Assembly: GCA_900322215.1 (NCBI GenBank)
Contig: ONYW01000003.1
Coordinates: 9,199-73,198, forward strand
Reading direction: 5' to 3'
Length of the DNA: 64,000 bases
From: an uncultured Eubacteriales bacterium
GTDB taxonomy: Bacteria > Bacillota > Clostridia > Christensenellales > CAG-917
The position numbers were made by a program, and so were the translations under genes. Shown piece after piece: positions 1 to 7,598 of the stretch (position 1 is its first letter; every line of letters starts with the position of its first letter). Under the pieces are notes generated by a model. It was not told the origin of the DNA and did not search any database. It saw nothing but the letters and a program-made list of their open reading frames with translations.

Positions 1-1
1 A

Positions 2-1378
2 AAATACGGCACGCCGTACTTCTCCAACTATATCAACAGCGATATGGAGCCGTCGGACGTCCGTTCTATGTGCTGCCGTCTCCGCCTCGACCTCCGCGAA
101 CTCAGAAAGAAATCCGGCGGTTTCTTCGGAAGCGGTGAATCAACGGGTTCTGTCGGTGTCGTCACAATCAATATGCCTCGTATCGCATACGTCGCAACGA
201 CTGAGGCGGAATTCTTCAAAGAACTCGAACGCCTTATGAATATCTCCGCGCGTTCTCTCAAAATCAAGAGAAACGTCATCACAAAACTTCTTGAAGAAGG
301 TCTCTATCCGTACACGAAGAGATACCTCGGCACCTTCAACAACCACTTCTCCACAATCGGTCTTGTCGGTATGAACGAAGCCTGCCTCAACGCTCGCTGG
401 GTTGGCAAAGACCTCACGCACAAAGAAGCTCAAGAGTTTACGAAGAAAGTCCTCAACTTCATGCGCAACAAACTCTCCGACTATCAAGAGATGTACGGCG
501 ACCTCTACAACCTCGAGGCAACTCCCGCAGAGTCCACCGCATACAGACTTGCAAAGCATGACAGAGAGAAATACCCGAACATCATTTGCGCAAAGAACGC
601 GGACAACGTTCCGTACTACACCAACAGTTCTCACTTGCCGGTCGGCTATACGGCGGATATCTTCACCGCTCTCGACATTCAAGACGAACTTCAAACGCTC
701 TATACGTCGGGTACAGTCTTCCACGCCTTCCTCGGTCAACGCTTAGACAGCTGGCAAGCGGCGGCAAACCTTGTTCGTAAAATTGCGGAAAACTACAAAC
801 TCCCATACTACACGCTCTCTCCGACATATTCTATCTGCGCGGATCACGGCTACCTCGAAGGCGAACAATACTCCTGCCCGATCTGCGGCAAGAAGACGGA
901 AGTTTACAGCCGTATCACAGGCTACTATCGCCCTGTTCAAAACTGGAACGACGGCAAGACGGCGGAATTCCACGAGAGAAAGACCTACGACATCGCGCAC
1001 TCCAACTATCACGGAAAGCCGATCGAAGAGTTCGCATGCGACAAGATGCAGTATGACGTAAAAGTCGGCGCAAGCAAGAAGGCAGAACCACAAGCGGAAT
1101 GCAAGTGCGAAGACGAACCAAAAAAACAAACCAACGAAGCTGGCAACGGTATTCTCATCTTCACGACAAAGACTTGCCCGAACTGCAAGATGGCAAAGGC
1201 TATGCTTGACAAGGCAGGCATCGCATACACGGTTATCGACGCGGAAGACGAAAAGGAAACGACGGTCAAATTCGGCGTAAAGAAAGCCCCTACTATGTTT
1301 GTTCCGAACAAAGACGGCGGCTACGACGTTTACGACAACGCAAGCAAGATCAAAGGCTTCATCGAGGCAAACAAATAA
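2..1378 (+). CDS. nrdD: Anaerobic (class III) ribonucleoside-triphosphate reductase, 3' part (gene starts upstream of the window), with C-terminal glutaredoxin-like domain
   Basis: Frame is open from base 2 (KYGTPYFSNYINSDM...). Motifs: finger loop SMCCRL, EATPAE, YYTNSSHL, Zn site CADH...CPIC, glycyl-radical motif YSRITGYY. After a linker comes IFTTKTCPNCKMAK (CxxC glutaredoxin-like). Confidence 0.95.
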   Translation, partial: KYGTPYFSNYINSDMEPSDVRSMCCRLRLDLRELRKKSGGFFGSGESTGSVGVVTINMPRIAYVATTEAEFFKELERLMNISARSLKIKRNVITKLLEEGLYPYTKRYLGTFNNHFSTIGLVGMNEACLNARWVGKDLTHKEAQEFTKKVLNFMRNKLSDYQEMYGDLYNLEATPAESTAYRLAKHDREKYPNIICAKNADNVPYYTNSSHLPVGYTADIFTALDIQDELQTLYTSGTVFHAFLGQRLDSWQAAANLVRKIAENYKLPYYTLSPTYSICADHGYLEGEQYSCPICGKKTEVYSRITGYYRPVQNWNDGKTAEFHERKTYDIAHSNYHGKPIEEFACDKMQYDVKVGASKKAEPQAECKCEDEPKKQTNEAGNGILIFTTKTCPNCKMAKAMLDKAGIAYTVIDAEDEKETTVKFGVKKAPTMFVPNKDGGYDVYDNASKIKGFIEANK

Positions 1379-1380
1379 CA

Positions 1381-1414
1381 AAAATTCGCCTCCCAAGCGG
1401 GAGGCAATTTTTTT
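1381..1414 (+). terminator. Rho-independent terminator after nrdD
   Basis: Stem GCCTCCC (1388-1394), loop AAGC, stem GGGAGGC (1399-1405), then a T-run. Confidence 0.75.
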
Positions 1415-1442
1415 CTCAATACCCAAAGGAAAGGAAGAAATT

Positions 1443-2363
1443 ATGAAAAAATACGACGTAATCATTGTTGGCGCAGGTCCTGCAGGTATGACGGCGGCTC
1501 TCAACTGCCTCCGCGCAGGAAAGACGGTGCTTTTGCTTGAAGGTGAAAGCATCGGCGGTCAAATCGCTCTCTCTCCGAGAGTCGAAAACTACCCTACCGT
1601 CCAAAAAGCCGCGGGCGCGGACCTCTGCGACCAACTCTTTCAACAAATCACCGAATGGGGCGTAGAGTTTGAGTTTGAAGGCGTGACAGGCATTGAAAAG
1701 AATGAGAAATCTTTTGTCGTCACAACCGACTACAACACCTACGAAGGCACGGCGGTTATCCTTGCCACAGGCGTCAAGGCAAGACATATCGGCGTCGAAC
1801 GCGAGGAAGAACTCGTTGGCAAAGGCGTGAGCTACTGCGCACTCTGCGACGGCATGTTCTACAAGGGCGAAGACGTGGCAGTCATCGGCGACGCAAACAC
1901 GGCTCTTCAATATGCCTTGAACCTTGCAGGCTATTGCAAATCCGTGCATATCTGCATGCTCTTTGACAAGTTCTTTGCAGACAAAGCTCTCGTGGACTTG
2001 GTGCTTGCTCAACCAAACGTCAAAGTGACAAAGAACATCGCGCTCAAAGAGTTTTTGGGAGACGAAGAACTCTCCGGTCTCCGCTTTGAAAACACAAAGA
2101 CGAAAGAGGAATTCAAGGTGGACTGCAAAGCGGCGTTTGTGTGCATAGGTCAAGTGCCGAACAACAAGATGTTTGCAAACCTCGTCGAACTCGACAAAAA
2201 CGGCTTTATCGTCTCCGACGAAAACTGCGCCACTTCCTGCGACGGTATCTTTGTCGCCGGCGACTGCCGTACAAAGAAGATCCGCCAATTCATCACCGCG
2301 GCTTCCGACGGCTCTATTGCCGCTTTCTACGCTTCCCAGTACGTGGACAAGCAAAAGGCGTGA
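1443..2363 (+). CDS. trxB: Thioredoxin-disulfide reductase (FAD/NAD(P)-binding)
   Basis: GAGPAG FAD motif, CALCDG redox CxxC, GIFVAGD. Start moved to ATG 1443 (MKKYDVIIVG), behind a purine-rich RBS. Confidence 0.9.
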   Translation: MKKYDVIIVGAGPAGMTAALNCLRAGKTVLLLEGESIGGQIALSPRVENYPTVQKAAGADLCDQLFQQITEWGVEFEFEGVTGIEKNEKSFVVTTDYNTYEGTAVILATGVKARHIGVEREEELVGKGVSYCALCDGMFYKGEDVAVIGDANTALQYALNLAGYCKSVHICMLFDKFFADKALVDLVLAQPNVKVTKNIALKEFLGDEELSGLRFENTKTKEEFKVDCKAAFVCIGQVPNNKMFANLVELDKNGFIVSDENCATSCDGIFVAGDCRTKKIRQFITAASDGSIAAFYASQYVDKQKA

Positions 2364-2477
2364 GCGAGCGACCTACGTCGTCAACTACAACAAATACACC
2401 CCGCCATGTACGCAAGTACATTGGGCGGGGTGATTTATTTTGTTTCCTTGTATCTCATCTCGCTCACGCCTTTTGCT
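2350..2477 (+). repeat. Dispersed palindromic element, copy A (ERIC/MITE-like)
   Basis: Perfect 19-bp terminal inverted repeat (2350-2368 / 2459-2477), core GTCAACTACAACAAA (2380-2394), inner hairpin CACCCCGCC-ATGTAC-GCAA-GTACAT-T-GGGCGGGGTG. About 90 nt match copy C with ~8 mismatches. Confidence 0.85.
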
Positions 2478-2523
2478 AAATTGTATATATCATATACGGA
2501 TATAAAACAAAAACTTTTCTATA

Positions 2524-2552
2524 TTTACATATTGAAATTAGTAATATATAAT
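2524..2552 (+). promoter_or_regulatory. Sigma-A-type promoter for the esterase gene
   Basis: TTTACA (2524-2529), 17 nt, TATAAT (2547-2552), in an AT-rich stretch. Confidence 0.55.
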
Positions 2553-2674
2553 ATAGATATCAATAATAATCCACAATGGAGCAGATGAAATTTGCGAGAA
2601 TTCATGGAGCGGATTTTTAATCCGTGAGAATTCATGACACGACGTGTCTATTCATCTTGCCATAAGGAGCAATT

Positions 2675-3574
2675 ATGCGTTCACCGGGGGAATGGTTTTT
2701 TGCGGTAAAGGTCAAAGAGGCAGACGAAAAGCGTATGGCGACACAGCCTGTGCCGGACTTTGACGAGGAGTTTCTTAACATTCCGTATATGGAGGACGGA
2801 CACCCTCTTCATACGCTCAACGTATATCGTCCAAAGGACAGCGGCAAGGCAAAACTTCCCGTCATCTTTGACGTACACGGAGGCGGTTGGTATTATGGAG
2901 ACAAAGAACTCAATGCGAGTTATTGCAAGTATCTCACAAAAAACGGTTTTGCCGTTGTGGACATCTCCTACCGCGTGTCGCCCGAGGTAGACTTCTTCGG
3001 ACAAATGCAGGACGTAATCACCGCTCTCAATTTCTTGCCGAATATCGCGGAAGAATACGCGCTCGACCTTGACAACTTCTTTATCACGGGCGACAGCGCG
3101 GGCGGACATATCGTGTCGCTCATCGTGAACATGGAGAGAAACGAGAAATTGCAGGAGAGATACGGCGTACACTTCACGCAGGCGTTCAAAGGCGCGTGCC
3201 TCACCTGTCCTGCGCTTGAACCGCTCGAAATCACCCCGACAAAGGGACTTGCAAAACTCTACTTCAACCCCGTCTTCGGCAAAGGATTTTTCAAAACGGA
3301 TATACCGACCGTCACGTCTTTCAGCAAGACATTCACAGGCGAAGCCTGTCCGCTCTTCTTCATCACCGCATACGGCGACTTCCTCAAAAAGATTTCGCTC
3401 GCAGGTTATGAATTTGCAAAGTCCAAAGGCGTCAAGTGCGAACTCTTCTTTGTGGGAAACCCGCCCGACGACGGCAGGAAGATAGAACACGTCTTCAACA
3501 TCATCCGTTGGGAGTGGCAGGAGTCTCAAGCCGCCAACGACGCAATGTGCGCTTTCTTCAAATCCTTAATGTAA
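2675..3574 (+). CDS. Alpha/beta hydrolase (hormone-sensitive-lipase-like esterase)
   Basis: HGGGW oxyanion motif, GDSAG nucleophile elbow, C-terminal HVF. RBS AAGGAG before ATG 2675. Confidence 0.9.
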   Translation: MRSPGEWFFAVKVKEADEKRMATQPVPDFDEEFLNIPYMEDGHPLHTLNVYRPKDSGKAKLPVIFDVHGGGWYYGDKELNASYCKYLTKNGFAVVDISYRVSPEVDFFGQMQDVITALNFLPNIAEEYALDLDNFFITGDSAGGHIVSLIVNMERNEKLQERYGVHFTQAFKGACLTCPALEPLEITPTKGLAKLYFNPVFGKGFFKTDIPTVTSFSKTFTGEACPLFFITAYGDFLKKISLAGYEFAKSKGVKCELFFVGNPPDDGRKIEHVFNIIRWEWQESQAANDAMCAFFKSLM

Positions 3575-3662
3575 TAAACAACGCCACCAAATGTACATAA
3601 GCGTACATGGTGGCGTTTGTTTGTTGTAGTTGACGAAGTATATCGCTCGCTCACGCGGTTTT
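3575..3662 (-). repeat. Dispersed palindromic element, copy B (distal arm missing)
   Basis: Minus strand from the proS stop: TAAAACCGCGTGAGCGAGCGA...GTCAACTACAACAAA, then hairpin AACGCCACC-ATGTAC-GCTTAT-GTACAT-TT-GGTGGCGTT. Confidence 0.85.
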
Positions 3663-5112
3663 AATAGGCGCGAGCGAAATAAATGACAGTCTCGGCATCC
3701 TTCCCACAGCAAACACATTTCTTCGCTCTAAAATGTCCAGACGAAGTCTGGTCGAAAGGCATACAACGAGAGGTAGCGGAGAGTTCGGCTTTGATCTTGT
3801 CTTCGCATTCGCGGCAGCCGCACCACATTGTCTTGACGAAGTTTTTGCTGTCAAGTGCCTCTTTCATCTCGTCCATGTTTTCACACTCTACGATGTGAGA
3901 ATAGGTGAAGTCGTGAGACTGCTTGAACATATTCTCGTGAATGTCGTCGAGGAGCGTTTTGACCGTCTCTGCGATGTTCTCGATAGGTGCGGTGATCTTT
4001 TCGTTGGTATCGCGACGAGCGAGGACGACCTGACCGTTTTCTATATCGCGAGGACCGAGTTCGAGACGGATAGGAACGCCCTTCATCTCCCATTCGTTGA
4101 ATTTCCAACCCGGAGATTGTTCTCTATCGTCAAACTCGACTCTGATGCCTGCGTTTTTGAGAGTGTTTGCGACTTCGCTTGCCTTCTCCAGCACGCCCTC
4201 TTTGTGTTGAGCGACAGGAACGACCGCGACTTGAATAGGAGCGACTCTCGGCGGAAGTTTGAGACCGCGTTGATCGCCGTGCGCCATGATGAGCGCGCCG
4301 ATGAGACGAGTGCTGACACCCCAACTCGTTTGGTACGGGCGCTTTTGCGTGCCGTCGCTATCGAGATATTTGATTTCAAACGCTGATGAGAAGTTTTGAC
4401 CGAGGTAGTGAGAAGTGCCCGCTTGCAAGGACTTACCGTCCAGCATCATAGCCTCCATCGTGTAGGTGTCGACTGCGCCCGCAAACTTCTCTTTTTCCGT
4501 CTTCCTGCCGACGAGGACGTCGATAGCGAGGACGTTTTGCATAAATTCGCGGTAGACTTCGAGCATTTTGAGCGTCTCTTCTCTCGCCTCTTCCTCCGTT
4601 CTATGGAGAGTGTGTCCCTCTTGCCACAAAAATTCGCTCGTCCTGAGGAACGGTCTCGTGGTCTTTTCCCAACGGACTACGTTTGCCCATTGGTTGATGA
4701 GGACGGGCAGGTCGCGGTAGGATTGAACCCACTTTGCGTACATAGAGCAAATGATAGTCTCGCTCGTCGGGCGGACGACCAAATTCTCTTCAAGCGGAGT
4801 ATTGCCGATATGTGTGACAAGCGCGACTTCCGGCGCAAAGCCCTCCACGTGATCCGCCTCTTTGACGAGGAAACTGTACGGAATGAACATCGGGAAATAG
4901 GCGTTTTTGTGCCCCGTTGCCTTGAAACGCTCGTTGAGAGCGGCTTGAATGTTCTCCCAAATCTCGTAGCCGTACGGACGAATAACCATCGTACCCTTGA
5001 CAGGACCGTAGTCTACAAGTTGAGTTTTGAGCACGACGTCCGTATACCACTGCGGAAAATCGACCGTCATATCTGTGATTTCTTTTACAAATTGCTTTTG
5101 GTCTTTTGCCAT
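3661..5112 (-). CDS. proS: Proline--tRNA ligase (archaeal/eukaryote-like type, no editing insertion)
   Basis: WYTDVV, VRPTSET, QWANVVRWE, FLRTSEFLWQEGHT, QTSWGVSTR, and C-terminal Zn-binding tail ending FARAY. Confidence 0.96.
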   Translation of the reverse strand: MAKDQKQFVKEITDMTVDFPQWYTDVVLKTQLVDYGPVKGTMVIRPYGYEIWENIQAALNERFKATGHKNAYFPMFIPYSFLVKEADHVEGFAPEVALVTHIGNTPLEENLVVRPTSETIICSMYAKWVQSYRDLPVLINQWANVVRWEKTTRPFLRTSEFLWQEGHTLHRTEEEAREETLKMLEVYREFMQNVLAIDVLVGRKTEKEKFAGAVDTYTMEAMMLDGKSLQAGTSHYLGQNFSSAFEIKYLDSDGTQKRPYQTSWGVSTRLIGALIMAHGDQRGLKLPPRVAPIQVAVVPVAQHKEGVLEKASEVANTLKNAGIRVEFDDREQSPGWKFNEWEMKGVPIRLELGPRDIENGQVVLARRDTNEKITAPIENIAETVKTLLDDIHENMFKQSHDFTYSHIVECENMDEMKEALDSKNFVKTMWCGCRECEDKIKAELSATSRCMPFDQTSSGHFRAKKCVCCGKDAETVIYFARAY

Positions 5113-5142
5113 ACTTATGACCTCTTGAATTATTTCTTGTCT

Positions 5143-5171
5143 ATTGTAGCATTTTAAGTTGTAAAAAGCAA
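5143..5171 (-). promoter_or_regulatory. Sigma-A-type promoter of proS
   Basis: Minus strand TTGCTT, 17 nt, TG-n-TACAAT; about 30 nt upstream of the ATG. Confidence 0.55.
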
Positions 5172-5179
5172 CCTAAAGC

Positions 5180-5292
5180 GTTATATTCACCTGACGGTGA
5201 TTATAAGTGTATTCACCTGTGGTGAGTTATATTCACGTTGTGAGTGATATTCGCCTGCGGTGAGTTATATTCACGGCTCTACCGTGAGTTGT
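5180..5292. repeat. Tandem array of five mini-hairpin units, GTTATATTCAC-(variable loop)-GTGA
   Basis: Units: TTATATTCAC-CTGACG-GTGA; GTATTCAC-CTGTG-GTGA; GTTATATTCAC-GTT-GTGA; GTGATATTCGC-CTGCG-GTGA; GTTATATTCAC-GGCTCTACC-GTGA. Confidence 0.85.
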
Positions 5293-5346
5293 GGAAAAAA
5301 ATCATCAATGCGGAGTATTGTATATTGTCACGCTTGCGTGTATATC

Positions 5347-5381
5347 AAAACAAAAGCGCGACCTCTGTCGCGCTTTGTTTT
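5347..5381 (-). terminator. Terminator after the acidic-protein gene (probably bidirectional)
   Basis: AAAGCGCGAC-CTCT-GTCGCGCTTT, flanked by A-rich and T-rich runs. Confidence 0.75.
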
Positions 5382-5847
5382 ATTCTTCGTCCTCTTCGGG
5401 CTCCTCGTCTTCGTCCTCGTCGTAGTCGTTTACGTCGCCGTAATCGAAATCGTCAAAGTCGTCGGGAGTTTGTTCTTCTTCCTCTTCCTCGTCCTCTTCC
5501 GTCTCGTCGTCTTGAAGTTGAGAGAGAGAAAGTTCCTCGTCCTCGGATGAGACCGGTTCTTCTTCGTCGACGAATTCCTTCCAGCCTTCGTCGTCATCTT
5601 CGTCCTTTGAGGAGAGTTTGTCTGCGCGCTCGGCACGGCAGGCGGCGCACATATCTTCATCGCCTTCCAAAAAGTTGACTTTGCAGATAGGGCAAATTCT
5701 TTCTTCGTATTCGCCCTCTTCGTCGTCCTCTTCGAGCAGGCTGATTTTGCTTTCTTTTCCGAGTTCCGCCTTGCAGACTTCGCAAAGTTCCTCGTCAACT
5801 GCGATCCAATTGAGTTCGCAACGTGGACATTTCTTGTATTTCCCCAT
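5380..5847 (-). CDS. Hypothetical highly acidic protein with two putative Zn ribbons
   Basis: Four CxxC motifs (CPRC, CEVC, CPIC, CAAC); C-terminal half almost entirely D/E. Confidence 0.8.
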   Translation of the reverse strand: MGKYKKCPRCELNWIAVDEELCEVCKAELGKESKISLLEEDDEEGEYEERICPICKVNFLEGDEDMCAACRAERADKLSSKDEDDDEGWKEFVDEEEPVSSEDEELSLSQLQDDETEEDEEEEEEQTPDDFDDFDYGDVNDYDEDEDEEPEEDEE

Positions 5848-6201
5848 AAAAACCTCTAAGGTGTTTTAGTTCCTATATTATATTTATAATGAGACGATAT
5901 GTAAACTATTTTTTTCATTTTTTCAAAAAAAATTCTTTCAACATATTTTGTGCGCTTTCACCAATTTTTCACCAATATGTTGTGTTTGAAAAAATTGGTG
6001 AAAAATTATGTTGAAAAAAATGGTGAAAGAGTATATGTTCTTAGCGTTTACAGACGAAAATTGAAGGATTTTTTCATTTTTGTGGCTAAATAACAAAATC
6101 GAATATATTACGACAAAAAACCGCATATCTCGTGGTTTTCTTCTCTCAACGCAAAAAAATAAACATGCTAAGATATAGTCGTACTCAGGAGGATAAGACT
6201 T

Positions 6202-6939
6202 ATGGCAAAAACAATAGTTATCGCGGACGACAACACGCTTTTGTCGTCCGGACTTAAAGACTTTTTTTCTCAAAGCGAAAAGTATGAGGTCGTCGGCGTA
6301 GCGGAAAACGGAACTCAAGCCCTCGCGCTCGTCGGCGAGTACAACCCGGACTTTTTGCTCCTTGATATAGTTATGCCCGAACTGGACGGTTTTGGCGTTC
6401 TCTCGCAAATGGAAACAAAAAAGACCATCGTCGTGATGATGTCGCAACTCCGCCCGGACGGATTTGTGCAAAAAGCCATTTCCTACGGCGCGAGTTATTA
6501 CCTCGCAAAGCCGTTCGACTATGGCATGCTCCAAAAAGTCCTCGACGGCTTTGACTCACACTTCGCACCAAAACCCGCCCCACGCGCCAACAAAAACCTC
6601 GACGAACGCATCTCAAACCTCTTCATCTCGGTCGGTATTCCCGCGCATATAAAGGGCTACCAGTTCCTGCGCGAGGCAATAAAGATGACAATAGAGCAAC
6701 CCGACATCATCAACTCTATCACAAAACGCCTATACCCAGGCATCGCGGAGATATATCAAACCTCTCCGTCCAAGGTCGAACGCGCTATACGCCACGCGAT
6801 AGAAGTCGCTTGGAATAGGGGCAAAATCGAGAATATCAACAACGTCTTCGGCATAAAAATCTATTCTCCGAACGAAAAACCGACAAACGGCGAATTTATC
6901 GCTCTCATAGCGGACAAACTGCTGCTCGAAAGCGCGTAA
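6202..6939 (+). CDS. spo0A: Sporulation transcription factor Spo0A
   Basis: Receiver domain (IADD, LLLDIVMPELDG, YLAKPF) plus the Spo0A C-terminal signature GIPAHIKGYQFLREAI...SKVERAIRHAIEVAWNRG...KPTNGEFIA. RBS AGGAGG. Confidence 0.96.
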   Translation: MAKTIVIADDNTLLSSGLKDFFSQSEKYEVVGVAENGTQALALVGEYNPDFLLLDIVMPELDGFGVLSQMETKKTIVVMMSQLRPDGFVQKAISYGASYYLAKPFDYGMLQKVLDGFDSHFAPKPAPRANKNLDERISNLFISVGIPAHIKGYQFLREAIKMTIEQPDIINSITKRLYPGIAEIYQTSPSKVERAIRHAIEVAWNRGKIENINNVFGIKIYSPNEKPTNGEFIALIADKLLLESA

Positions 6940-7080
6940 ATGTCACCTTCGGTGAGTGAATTTTCACTGCGTGCCGCAAATCTAACCGCCCCAACAACTG
7001 CATGATGTCAATATATTCTGCGTTTGTATAGCAGAACTATTGAATGTACACATCATGCTGTCCATCTTCCCCTTTTACCC

Positions 7081-7118
7081 AAAGAAAGAACGAGTCCGCA
7101 AGGGCTCGTTCTTTCTTT
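7081..7118. terminator. Strong bidirectional terminator between spo0A and the XRE gene
   Basis: AAAGAAAGAACGAGTCC-GCAA-GGGCTCGTTCTTTCTTT: 17-bp stem with one G-U pair. Confidence 0.85.
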
Positions 7119-7123
7119 GTTAT

Positions 7124-7453
7124 TCATTTTGTCTCCGCTGTCAACATATCTTTCAAAACGCTTGTTGCTATCTTTTGTCTATCTAAAGACAGTGCGGAAA
7201 ACATCGCAAGTATATTCTCTTGATTTTGATCGAGCCCGCTTCGAACGACTACGTTGCCAAAATCGTTTTCCCTGCCAATAAGATAGTCAACACTACACTC
7301 GAACATATCCGCAAGAGCAATAAGATCGGCTACACTCGGATCGGCTCTTCCCTGCTCCCAATTGCCGATTGTATAGTTCATAACGCCGATTTTTTCGCCA
7401 ACATCTTTTTGCGTCAGCCCCTTGCTCTTTCTTATTTCGTATAGTCTCAACAT
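7124..7453 (-). CDS. XRE-family helix-turn-helix transcriptional regulator
   Basis: LYEIRKSKGLTQKDVGEKIGVMNYTIGNWEQGRADPS...LADMFECSVDYLIGR. Start at 7453 preferred; the ORF extends to 7492. Confidence 0.88.
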   Translation of the reverse strand: MLRLYEIRKSKGLTQKDVGEKIGVMNYTIGNWEQGRADPSVADLIALADMFECSVDYLIGRENDFGNVVVRSGLDQNQENILAMFSALSLDRQKIATSVLKDMLTAETK

Positions 7454-7598
7454 ATCTTTTTCCACCAAAATTTGATATGCCAATGATAGCATTTTATGCT
7501 AACTCATATATTGACATTAGCAATAATTATTGCTATTATGCTTATATATTAGCAATTTATGCTACTTACAGCAAAATTTACGACTTTAGAGGCGGACT

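Noticed and set aside
5180-5292. T-box leader for proS, or CRISPR
   Set aside because: No T-box antiterminator consensus; the predicted proS promoter lies downstream of the array; the units are too short for CRISPR.
5850-6201. Spo0A boxes or a sigma-H promoter upstream of spo0A
   Set aside because: Only imperfect matches (for example TTACGACA) in an AT-rich region; not distinguishable from chance.
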